A stretch of DNA of 64,000 bases from Phoronis australis (Eukaryota; Animalia; Phoronida). This document shows, piece by piece, positions 41,201 to 51,200 of this stretch. Position 1 is the stretch's first letter; the number at the start of each line of letters is the position of its first letter. A model generated the notes under the pieces. It ran no database searches, was not told where the DNA came from, and worked only from the letters and a program-made list of their open reading frames with translations. The position numbers and the translations under genes were made by a program. The DNA is taken from contig NMRA01000009.1 in NCBI GenBank assembly GCA_002633005.1, positions 30,923-94,922 of the forward strand, in the 5' to 3' direction.

Positions 41201-41631
41201 AAACAGCATATAATAAGTAGGCCTAATGGTCTGAACTCCTGTTAACAGTGGTTAATTATTATAGTGAAATTTGAACTAGTTTAGGTTGTTTATTTATTTC
41301 AAAGTATAGAGGCTACTCATTTAAATCGCGGTTACTGACTGCTTTTGACACATTTTCGAATAAACAGAAAACATCACGCATAAAAGGGTTCAACAGCCTT
41401 CTTTCACTGGGAGTGGGAATTGTGGCTTGGGCTTTGCGTCGTGCGATGTTAACGCCCGATACAATTCGAATACTTACTGAAATAGACACGATAATCCAAT
41501 GTATTTTCAGAGCCACGCTGAATTACCCCGTAAGACATTGTTCTGACAAAACTTGGGGGAAAGGTTCTTGCTCTCAACAAGCCTCCAGTACAGGCAACGA
41601 CACTTTTCGCTCTGCCCACTACACGTTGCAT
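17244..41631 (-). CDS. PPA: Soluble inorganic pyrophosphatase, family I (PPA1/PPA2/Nurf-38 ortholog); 323 aa from the first ATG, 292 aa from the second ATG (41538)
   Basis: Ten phase-compatible exons totalling 972 nt: 41631-41478, 35264-35146, 31491-31372, 27687-27601, 26703-26536, 24928-24842, 24415-24327, 23718-23649, 18667-18628, 17281-17244. Motifs [79 protein letters not shown]. Confidence 0.96.
18171..18352. repeat. 25-bp minisatellite, ~7 copies
   Basis: cagcacagaataacaatgtaatgtt repeated. Confidence 0.93.
18628..18667 (-). CDS. PPA: PPA exon 9
   Basis: tttttcag acceptor, gtatgt donor; [13 protein letters not shown]; phase 0/1. Confidence 0.85.
21731..23342 (+). mobile_element. Interspersed repeat with ~435-bp diverged internal tandem units (Helentron/HINE-like); related segments at 28200-29280, 30620-31010 and 51130-51785
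   Basis: Starts ACAAGAG, ends in a short hairpin plus A-run; aatttccacaatcatccttagagtggtttgg recurs at ~22066 and ~22501; recurring gccactagg motif. Confidence 0.55.
23649..23718 (-). CDS. PPA: PPA exon 8
   Basis: (C)[23 protein letters not shown]; phase 2/0; gtaagt donor. Confidence 0.9.
24327..24415 (-). CDS. PPA: PPA exon 7
   Basis: [29 protein letters not shown]; phase 0/2. Confidence 0.92.
24842..24928 (-). CDS. PPA: PPA exon 6
   Basis: [29 protein letters not shown]; gtaagg donor. Confidence 0.95.
25335..25466. repeat. 45-bp tandem repeat, 3 copies
   Basis: aaggatttccatggatggtaacctgtgcactcggtggccatctac. Confidence 0.9.
26327..26451. repeat. 16-bp minisatellite, ~8 copies
   Basis: aagatgcatcaatatt repeated. 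Confidence 0.9.
26536..26703 (-). CDS. PPA: PPA exon 5
   Basis: [56 protein letters not shown]. Confidence 0.95.
27241..27412. repeat. 25-bp minisatellite, ~7 copies
   Basis: agtcaacagtccagctggactcggg repeated. Confidence 0.88.
27601..27687 (-). CDS. PPA: PPA exon 4 (active-site DxDPxD)
   Basis: [29 protein letters not shown]; gtgagt donor. Confidence 0.95.
28402..28914. mobile_element. hAT-like MITE with 6-bp TSD (cactag)
   Basis: cagggcttggaat / attccaaccccta termini; cactag at 28396-28401 and 28915-28920. Confidence 0.7.
29285..30620. mobile_element. Tc1/mariner (pogo/Tigger-like) non-autonomous DNA transposon, TA TSD
   Basis: TIRs tcgtattcgccctaataagtgccc / gggcgcctattagggcgaatacgg, flanked by ta. 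Confidence 0.8.
31372..31491 (-). CDS. PPA: PPA exon 3
   Basis: [40 protein letters not shown]. Confidence 0.95.
33978..34400 (+). mobile_element. 3' end fragment of a HERO-type (RLE) non-LTR retrotransposon
   Basis: Frame [30 protein letters not shown] resembles the HERO ORF C-terminal AExAS.W.WxKR motif; followed by a UTR-like tail with short repeats. Confidence 0.6.
35146..35264 (-). CDS. PPA: PPA exon 2
   Basis: [39 protein letters not shown]; AG/GT boundaries. Confidence 0.95.
35430..35846. repeat. 22-bp minisatellite spanning a 111-N gap (35587-35697)
   Basis: catgcagcgacatcacagaaaa repeated on both sides of the gap. Confidence 0.93.
37572..37708. repeat. 45-bp tandem repeat, 3 copies
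   Basis: ttacagtcaaatacatgccttacagtcgagtgatattattcacaa. Confidence 0.9.
38245..39137 (-). mobile_element. Degenerate HERO-clade non-LTR retrotransposon fragment (zinc knuckle and restriction-like endonuclease) in PPA intron 1
   Basis: Frameshifted pieces: [12 protein letters not shown]; [26 protein letters not shown]; [47 protein letters not shown]. Confidence 0.85.
40020..40155 (-). mobile_element. tRNA-derived SINE head (partial second copy at ~40997-41053)
   Basis: Reverse complement atggttagcacgctcgcc...gctggttcgattcccgaggtcggg contains Pol III A and B boxes. Confidence 0.65.
41478..41631 (-). CDS. PPA: PPA exon 1 (presequence plus [20 protein letters not shown])
   Basis: ATGs at 41631 and 41538; gtaagt donor, phase 1. 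Confidence 0.88.
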
Positions 41632-42120
41632 TGATTGTGAAGAAATCGCGGGTAACCATGCGCAGCTTCCGGACACCAACCTTACATAAGCGACATCTAT
41701 TGTATGAATGAAAATGCAATAGATGTCGCCAACTGTTAATGTTGTAAAATCATAAACCAAAGGAGTTCAGACTGAGGTCACTTACCATTATAAAACGGGC
41801 CTTGTCTTGTGCCTTACTTAACTAATAACCAATATCTGGGTTTGTGTACAACTGACAGTTGGTTATTTTTTAGACTAAGCTAAAAATCAGCCCCAAAACA
41901 CACCTATTTTGACTAATGAACAAGTTGAGACCAATTTCACAAGCCTGAGCGCAAGTAGCCTAAATCAAAATTCAGTTCGTCGTTGGATCAATGCAATATT
42001 CCCTTTCTCCGTGGCCTGTAAGCAACTCTGGCTAACAAATATGAATTATGACATAACACTTAGTCAATTTGTTTAGATACGTAAGAAACGGGGAACATCC
42101 ATATAATTTGTAGGCGTGAG

Positions 42121-42430
42121 CAGGGGCGGATCCAGGATTTTGATTTAGGGGGGGCAGGGCACAGGAATAACCAGGATTGCGCCACATGAGCGCGCCCAGC
42201 CTAAAATGTAGGGATGCAAGGGTCTCGAAATTTTGGGTCTGCGGACCTTATTACTAAAAAAAACAGTAAACGGGGTTTGTTCAAGGCCTATGCATTGCGC
42301 ATTCGACTCCCGAACCCCCTGGGTACACGCAGATGCTACTCAGCAATTCGCAACCCAAACTCACAAATGGTATCTGGGAGAATTTTAGGGGGAGGGCATG
42401 GCCCCCTTGGCCCCCCTAAATCCGCCACTG
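42121..42430. mobile_element. hAT5-like MITE with perfect 5-bp TSD (gtgag), containing a nested second MITE
   Basis: caggggcggat...atccgccactg; gtgag at 42116-42120 and 42431-42435. Confidence 0.8.
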
Positions 42431-43522
42431 GTGAGGGAAAAATTTTATTAACGACCAGCATGCGTAGACGTAGGGACGGGAGCAAGTGTAGTCGAGAAAA
42501 GAATGGTCAAAGAATCGTCACGGCGAAACATAGTGAAGAGGGGAAATGTTGCAAAATTTAACTGGGAAGCCGTGACACGTGACACACTGCACCACTGGAT
42601 TAAACGTTAACAGTAGAAAATTCTGAATATTTCTTGGGGGAGGATACCAAAGCCCGGCCCCGATGGATGTCCTGTCTCCCGTGTTCCTCCGATTGTCCAC
42701 AGATATCTGCATCAGTTCGGTAATTTTAAAATACATATGGTGAATTATGAAAAAGTTCTCGCTCGCAACTTAACATCAACTGTTACAAACCCGACCTCCG
42801 CCACAAAACTAATTCTTGAATAAGATCACTTTTAAGTGATCTTATTCAAGAATTAAAAGTCATCCTGGAAAATTGGTCTCAAATGTTTCCTAGTTAAAAT
42901 AAGGGTGATGTCTGGGCTCATAATGCAACGGCTCGATATTCATAGTTGACTTGTTCATGGCGTGTTTGTCAGATTTTATTCGCCNAAGAATGGTCAAAGA
43001 ATCGTCACGGCGAAACATAGTGAAGAGGGGAAATGTTGGAAAATTTAACTGGGAAGCCGTGACACGTGACACACTGCACCACTGGATTAAACGTTAACAG
43101 TAGAAAATTCTGAATATTTCTTGGGGGAGGATACCAAAGCCCGGCCCCGATGGATGTCCTGTCTCCCGTGTTCCTCCGATTGTCCACAGACTATCTGCAT
43201 CAGTTCGGTAATTTTAAAATACATATGGTGAATTATGAAAAAGTTCTCGCTCGCAACTTAACATCAACTGTTACAAACCCGACCTCTGCCACAAAACTAA
43301 TTCTTGAATAAGATCACTTAAGTCATCCTGGAAAATTGGTCTCAAATGTTTCTTGGTTAAAATAAGGGTGATCTCTGGGCTCATAAAGCAACGGCTTGAT
43401 ATTCATAGTTGACTTGTTCATGGCGTGTTTGTCAGATTTTATTCGCCGAGTATAAGATTGTCTCGAGAATTAACCAACTGCAAAACCAAAAATCACTTTT
43501 AATCTGTGAAAGGAACAAGATC

Positions 43523-44125
43523 CGTGTGCAAGTTTCCAGTTTAATTTTCATTTTGAAAGTGAATGTTAAAAGTTGGAATATTATTTATTCTAAGTTTGAA
43601 AATTCAATACGAAATAGAAAAATGAAATTTTCATAAATATTTCATGGTTCAATTAAAATTAAATCATGAAAATTAATCAAATGACCGATGTTTCAATGTT
43701 TCATTTCCCAACCTGAATTGAAACTAGAAATCCTGAAGCTTTAGTTAATACTTATCTCCATTTCACGACAACTAGATCCCAGCACTAAATGCGTAAAAAA
43801 TTATTGACGAAACTGGCCATAGTTATAATGGGGAGCAACAGATCGACAGTCTATGCAAATGCGGGCCCTGAGATGGGTAAAAACGTTATTTAGCAGAATA
43901 AACTCAATAACCCATGAACCCGAATGATGTATAACCTTTTAACCTCTCAAAATATTCTTAGAATCACAGCGTTTTAAAGGTTGTAAGGCTGTTTAGACGC
44001 AAGATCGCAAAACTAGTGACGAATATTAATTTTAGAATGAACATTGATTTTTTTTAAGTTGATTCAACATTTGAGGTTTCAATATTCAATTTTAAAATGA
44101 AAATTGAAATGGACAGTTGCACACG
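43523..44125. mobile_element. ~600-bp AT-rich MITE with ~50-bp imperfect TIRs
   Basis: cgtgtgcaagtttccagtttaattttcatttt / aaaatgaaaattgaaatggacagttgcacacg. Confidence 0.7.
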
Positions 44126-44481
44126 AATCGGATCAGATCGTAATGCGGGTTAACCGTTTTAACAACTGACAATAACTCAAAATGCACGACGGCTGTGTGT
44201 GCCTTTAGGCTACTTTTTGTATTGTGTTGCTATGTGATGGCCCACATGTCACCTTTAATATTCTGGTTTACATGTTTACGTAGGCTTATCTACGTAAGTC
44301 GCTTCACTCTGAGATGATAAGCTATGCGTACAGTCTTGTAAGAAATATACTCACTTAGTGAATTTCGGTCGCTGAAATTCGCCAGAAAACCTCTATCATC
44401 TACTCCATAAAATCTCTATCATCTTCATCTTACTCCAAACATGGGAAATAACCCTTTAAAAAATTGTGTTTTCGTACATGT

Positions 44482-44534
44482 TGACGTCAGAGAGTAATGA
44501 AATTCAGGCAGTTGAATATCATTTGCCCGCCCCC
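44482..44534. promoter_or_regulatory. Candidate promoter elements (CRE and GC box) upstream of PPA
   Basis: tgacgtca at 44482-44489, cccgcccc at ~44526; a minus-strand gtgagt donor at ~44354 suggests a non-coding first exon. Confidence 0.3.
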
Positions 44535-47500
44535 GTTCGGTAGCCACTAGAAACTCACGTAGTGGCCTATTCCAACAAAACATTTTGAAACAGCCCCTTA
44601 GGGGCCCCACAACAACACCTTTTCAAGGTACGGTATCCTTCAAAGGGTGATCATAATAATGTGAAACTTTCCCAAACCGGACCCTAAAAAGTGAATTATC
44701 TTGACCTGCGGCCTCAGTTGAGCTCGACTTGGAAATGGATGACGAAATAAAACCGAATCTCTGACATGTCTTCCTACCCCTTGGCGGCGGCCCTCTAGAC
44801 GTGACCAAAACGATTACCCGCAAACAACGTTCCGGCCGCAGAGAACTGTTTGGCATCAACTTGTGACAACCGGCATCAGACAATGGATACAGCAGCCCAA
44901 TAGCAATCTTTGCCAATAGTGGAAATTGCTGTTTGAGAGAACAGTGAGATCGATTTAACCGAATTTCAGTTTGTGTCAAAATTCGGTGAAACAAGAACTG
45001 TTCAAAATAAGGACGTGGTAAAGTGAATCCTTGTTCATTCCACGGTCACGTGATAACCCGTTACAATTTTGTAGCATATCAAAAACAACAACGAAGAAAC
45101 CCTGGTTTACTACCGTTAGAACGTTGAGCTAGGCATGGAAATTCGCAGATATCCTCAAACAATTACGTCTGTCAGTCTAATATCCAATGCTGATGTTTCA
45201 CGATAACTCCACGTTTCATGAACCGGGTTTTTGTAATAACGATCTTCACAAAATGAGCTATTGTTAGGATGACTTATACCAAGACAGTTATATTGTCATT
45301 ATTATGCAACTACCAAGACTGCTCACCTAACAGTGCTGTTCCAGCTTGCAGGTTCCCACTTTACGGTCCATGTCTTTGCGTGGGTTTTATTTCTCACATT
45401 CGTGGTTGTTTGTGCTGGACGTACTTCTTAATACTTTGATACCTTTATTCCGGAACATTTGGACTTAAGATGACAGCAGTACATCTTGCGTAATTGCCCC
45501 GAAAAGATTACTAGTTTAGCCATTGTTTTCTTGCCACCAATCCATCGCCACTTCAGTAACTGATCAACCTCAGACAATAGGACTTTAGATCAGAGCCCCT
45601 GATAAACGAACCTCTTGACGACAGCAGGAATTACACAAAACTGTTGACGAAGTAGAGGTGGCGGGAATCGGGCAGTCTTTGTAATGAAAAAAAGATATTA
45701 TTTTACGAATTTACCCTCTCCCAGATCAAGACTATAATTTGATTAACGGGCACCAAGTTGAGCAACCCATATTTGTAAGAAAATAAAACACAACTGAACT
45801 TGACATTATACACACCTCAGCTCTGGCCAAACCTTATAACTTCACTATCCCATCCAAAATAAGCACAAACACGAGTCTGTCAAGTCATCAAACGTTTATG
45901 TCTCTTAAATACTACTAGTTCATTCTCATTTGTAATATACAACAAAAAAATCCCAGTGGGAGTGTAGGTTTGAATGACTGGATTCCCTTTTGTTCACCTG
46001 TGAACATGAGCCAATAATTTTGTTCTTGAGTCAATAAACATGTTGTTATTTAAGTTCCAGCACATTTTTGGAACATTCTGTATGTTATCATAAGATATAT
46101 TTCATTAAACAAACAACAGTTCTTTGCCTTTGTAAGTTTATTTTTTAATAGTGAGAATCAAGAAGAGATTCAACATGAATTTTGTGCCCGAGCGACAAGT
46201 GCCTGTTGTGCGCCCCAGAGACAAGTGCCTGTTGCAAAATTGTTCACAACAAAATTGTGCCATTGTCGCAAAATGCACTAAAGTATGAAAAACACAACAG
46301 CTAAGATGAAATGTTTCTATTCAGAAAAACACGATGATTACACATGGAACTGAGTTTTATAAAAGTTGGTTGCAAACAATTGTCAATTTCATTTGATGCA
46401 AGCAACAAAACTACATAAAATATACAGAATACTTCTGGACAGGCACTTGCCAATCATCCATTAACTATTACCTTTGGACAAAGACACAAAATATAAAATG
46501 TATTTATGACACTAACAATTCAAAAACAACTCTGAATCAAAAGATGCATGAAGTAAATCCATGTTTTAAACTTGTATAAAAAGTGACCTCAAAGTTTGGT
46601 GTTTTCCATATTCTAATGCTTTAACACAAATTAGATTTTGTTAAAAACTTAAACCATCATTTCTTAACATTCATTGTTGGGCTACCAATGTCCATGTGAT
46701 TACACATTTATGACACAAATGAGATTTAAAGTTTGGACATGATAGAAAATGCTATGTTCAAAAGCTAAAATTTGCATACTTTATTTACAAATATAGACTA
46801 TATATGTAACTCTGTTTCGTTCATAAAACTGTACATCATTTAAAATGCTTACATACCTATCAAAACTATACAAAAGGTAGACAGACATCATGAACAAGTT
46901 AATCCCAGTTTGCTAAGCAGATAGCCATAAGGAGATATCCCAGTTTGTAAGATTGCCGTGGAAAAACACCTCCGATAGAAATGCAACCACACCTCTGATA
47001 GAAATGTAACCATACCTCAGATAGAAATGTAACCATACCTCACCAAACAAAGCTACAATTCCTTATTTTGGCATTACAAAAGATATCATAATTGAATGCA
47101 AATTGGGGAAAAACAATATTTTTCAGCATCAAAACATCCAAATAAGCACCTCCAATTTTCCAGCATATACCTATGTACAAAGGTGCGATATACAACACTG
47201 GTTATCACATCCTCACCACTCAACAGTTCTGGCAGGCACTTGAAAGGTTTAACTTGTTACTTAGTATTTTGCAATATTGTACCTCTATCACAAGACAAAT
47301 TTCAGTGGTTATAAGCCCATCAACTGAAAGAGGTGTGCACACATGTTTATGACAATTCCTGTGAAATCACAAGATTTATTACTAACTTGCTAGGTTTGTG
47401 AATTAATTGTACTTCAATCGAAAACACTTCACACAATATGACAGAAGAAACATAAAGCAGAGATTTGGCAAACCAGACGATTAATAATATTTAAACCCTT

Positions 47501-47965
47501 TTGTATTACTAGAGAGAATGAGGATGATCATGTTTGACACTATAGTAGCCCACAACAACAGACTCGGCATACAAGACCGATGACATTCAACACTGCTATT
47601 ACAATATTACAATTACCTATACATATTAAAACATTGCTAACAACTAAAAGAAGTATAAATTATTTGACTTGATTAAAACAAAATATAAATTATAACTTAT
47701 CTCTCACAATCTGTACTACAGAGACTACTGCTACAGGTCAGACCACTGCCATCATTGTACAAAACCAGTTGAGAAATTCCCACATATTTGACCAGATAAT
47801 AAAGTAAACAACACAATGCATTTTTGCTTCTCACAGCACGCCACCACAGATGTTGCCCCTGTTACCGACACGGAAATCGCCATGCAAAGGACACGTCACT
47901 CAGGTAGTCACTGCTATAATACATCTTCTCCATCTCCACACCCATGACACAATGACACGTCACTT

Positions 47966-48233
47966 CTATGTAGTCACTGATATTGTATTACTGTCCCTAC
48001 TTGTTGACGGCAAGTTAAGTGTAACAGGTGATGGGAGTGATGTGGCTAGTTCCTGATTACTGTCCTCGTGCTCTCCCCGATGGTCAACAGAGTCGCCACT
48101 CCCTGAATGTAGACCCCCCTCTGAGTCACTCGGCTCCCATTTCATCGACGGCTCCATGGGATCATCATCACTCAAGTCATCTTCATCCTCGTCTCCATCA
48201 CCACCTAAAAATCGGATGCATCTTTTCTTGCGC
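47966..48233 (-). CDS. TCF: TCF terminal coding exon
   Basis: [29 protein letters not shown]...SNTISVTT*; supplies the fourth C-clamp Cys. Confidence 0.92.
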
Positions 48234-51200
48234 CTAGAAAAAAAGTTTGCTGAGAGTTAACAAGGCATTTAGGGAATGCGATAATGAACAAATTTTCTTG
48301 TTTCTCAACCTTAGTAAACGCACTTATCTTGACAGAAATGATTTGTCAGCTGAAATAGTTTACATAAGCTTATACAATAAAACAGGTGTACATTAGCTGT
48401 ATCATCCATCACTCTGGCACACAATGATGAGGGTCCAGTATAATAAACCTAGGTGAGGGACCTCGCGTCAGATGAACAAATAGACTGAAGTCATTATTAA
48501 ATACACTTAAATGCTTTATACTGGTGTTTAAACTGGGTCATTTGTTAATTTGACGCATTCATCATGTCTGTGTATCATGACTTCACAATCATCATGTCTG
48601 TGTATCATGACTTCACATTCATCATGTCTGTGTATCATGACTTCACAAAAAGGAATGCAAAGACAATGATTCAATTCATTTTTCACCTACTGAAGTGTGT
48701 TTCACTAAAATGTTGGAACTTTATGACTAGTTTTCAACATAAAAAAAGATTTAAAACCAGCTGCATGTTTCAGTTAGTCTAAAAAACGCCGTAAGGTTAA
48801 GACATATTAGGGAAACGGGCCTCAGTTGAAGCCTAAGATAGCACTATGTATTCACATACAATGTGGCAATATGCGGATAGTGGAATAATTAATGATTTGG
48901 GCACAGACGATTTATTTCGACTAAAATCTAAAATCAAGTGACATTCATACAAGCATGCTGGACAAATGAGGGAGAACAGTTTTTCAAAATTATGTTTTAA
49001 TGCAGAGAAAAAAATGCAAGATGATGGTCAATCAGTTACATAGTTATGTGGTGAAATTGATACAAATATGAAAGCAGGCTCTTCCCACATTGTATATGGC
49101 TACAAATGTAATCAACTGACCATTAATACGCTCATTACAACAGTTTTGGGAAGAGAGTGGCCTAAAATATAGAAATACTTATACTGAGCACTACTACGTC
49201 AAGTCAAAAACTGAAAATAAGACAAAATAAGAATGAATTGATTTATTACGCCAAAAGTAACAGCAATGAAGTCCATTCTGAACACCGGTTACAGAAGGCA
49301 AGGATGGCTCACTTTTTGTGACCATTGGAAAATTAAATGAAAACATTTGACACTCACCATTTCGTAAAATGCAATGTCCTAAGGTGATAGTCATATTACC
49401 AGCGCTTAATATTCTTAATATACCTTTAAAAATCAATTTCATTTTAAGGAATATGCACAAATCTTCAGAATGCTCCTTTTAACATTTTAAGAACCATAGC
49501 AACAAGACAAGAACATGCGCTAGAGAAAACCGTGACTACCAACAGGAAGGAAATAATAGTAGGCTAGTCATGCCTCATGCCAACAACCAGCACATGCTAC
49601 ATTGACATGCACGTGCTCTGCAGTACCTGATTGGCTGGCATTGGTTGAATCTAAGACGGGCGAGGAACGCTCATCAGACTCATGCAGTAAATGAGATCTG
49701 AAAGGAGATAAGGCCATTGCAGAAAAGTTTTAAAAACACCACATGGCAAAGTGCGCATTGCTTTTATTTTTCGAACTCCAACACCAACAAGGTTGTGTGC
49801 GAGAATAACGACAGAATGTAAATGTGACGGCTAGAGAATTGAACATGACTTTTCTGCATGGACACTTTTCTGCATTAGCCCTATGGAGCTAACATGCAGA
49901 TTCAACATACCTGCATGGTTTACACCACTGACTTTGTTGGTCGAGACCAAAACGTGCCCGACATTTTTTAGGATTCTGACAATCTGCAAAGAAAGAGAAA
50001 CTATTCACTACAGGCTAAAATAAAGAGTCCAACTGAAGCCCACAAGAGATCAAACATGACAAGAGTCAGAAATTGTCGTAATCATGTTTCGGTGGGAACA
50101 GGAAGTGGGTCGTATGACTAGACAGTTAATAGCAGAACAAGCCCATGCAACCAACAACAGACAATTCTGTAATACGAAGTGAAGTGAAGCCAACACATGC
50201 CCAGCATGCACGATCCAGCATCTGTTCACAACAACAACATAGAAGTTGATTTACCTTGCGAGCTGCACTCTTCTGGACTCACAAGTCTGGCTCCATACAC
50301 ACCATCTGAATGTTAGAAACATGTTAAGAAACATTAGCACTCTTTTGGTAGGTATGACTGACTTGATGAACAGATGCTGGAATAAAAATGAATATCGATT
50401 GAAGACTACGAGTACTTTAACTAGGAAGCATATTTTACAAGTAAGCAGCAACAGTACCATAAGTGTCGGATTTAGACACCAGTCACTGATCTAGACTTAA
50501 AAATACAACATGGTTGCAAAAGTGAGTTCTGTAAATGAGTTCCCGTCATATGAGTGAATGACAATTGACCACTATAACAATGAGCAGCCTTGTTGCATTT
50601 GAAAACTTTTGTAAAAAGCACTTCACAAGACTTTTCACAGTGTACTTTTATTCTTATTTAGTAACTCTGAAAACAAATGTGTAGAAAAATCTAAGGGCTG
50701 TTCCAGTAAAAAACGTATGGGAGGGGGAAGGCACTTTCATTTTTTACCCACCCCCCATATTTTTCTTTTATATTTCCAACTCATAATTTTTAATTAGGTT
50801 GAAATATAAAACGCAACCACCCATAATAGTTTCAAATTATGCGTGAATTATACATGGTATGTAAATTTTACGTTTTATTCTCTAAGATATTTTTGGTCTT
50901 TAGTGTTTCTTTAGCCAACAACGGTTCAGCAAACACATCAGTTCCCTCCCAGGCAAGGAATAAAAATTCACACATGCTTTCCAGTCAATAACAATTAATG
51001 AACAATAACGTTGATATGTGCCCTTCATATGCATTGCAAATGGCAGATACCAGAGAAGATCATTACTACAAAAGGGACCAACGCTTGTAAACACATTGGC
51101 TCAAACACACACATCATGATCTGGTAAGTACTAAGATAATCAACAGACAAAAACTAGCTGTCTTGTCGTGTCGAAAACTAGAGGTCAAGAGGGCGGTGGA

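Noticed and set aside
38040-41212. Duplicated blocks 38040-38313/40725-40997 and 40098-40314/40997-41212
   Set aside because: Separated by a single N (40315); probably two haplotypes (with and without the intervening ~1.8 kb) assembled in tandem, so not treated as a true duplication
42500-43450. ~480-bp tandem duplication
   Set aside because: Copies are joined at a single N (~42985) and differ by small indels, typical of allelic overlap at a scaffold join
47966-48030. CtBP-binding PxDLS-like motifs in the TCF tail (TLNLP, TISVTT)
   Set aside because: Too degenerate to call without an alignment
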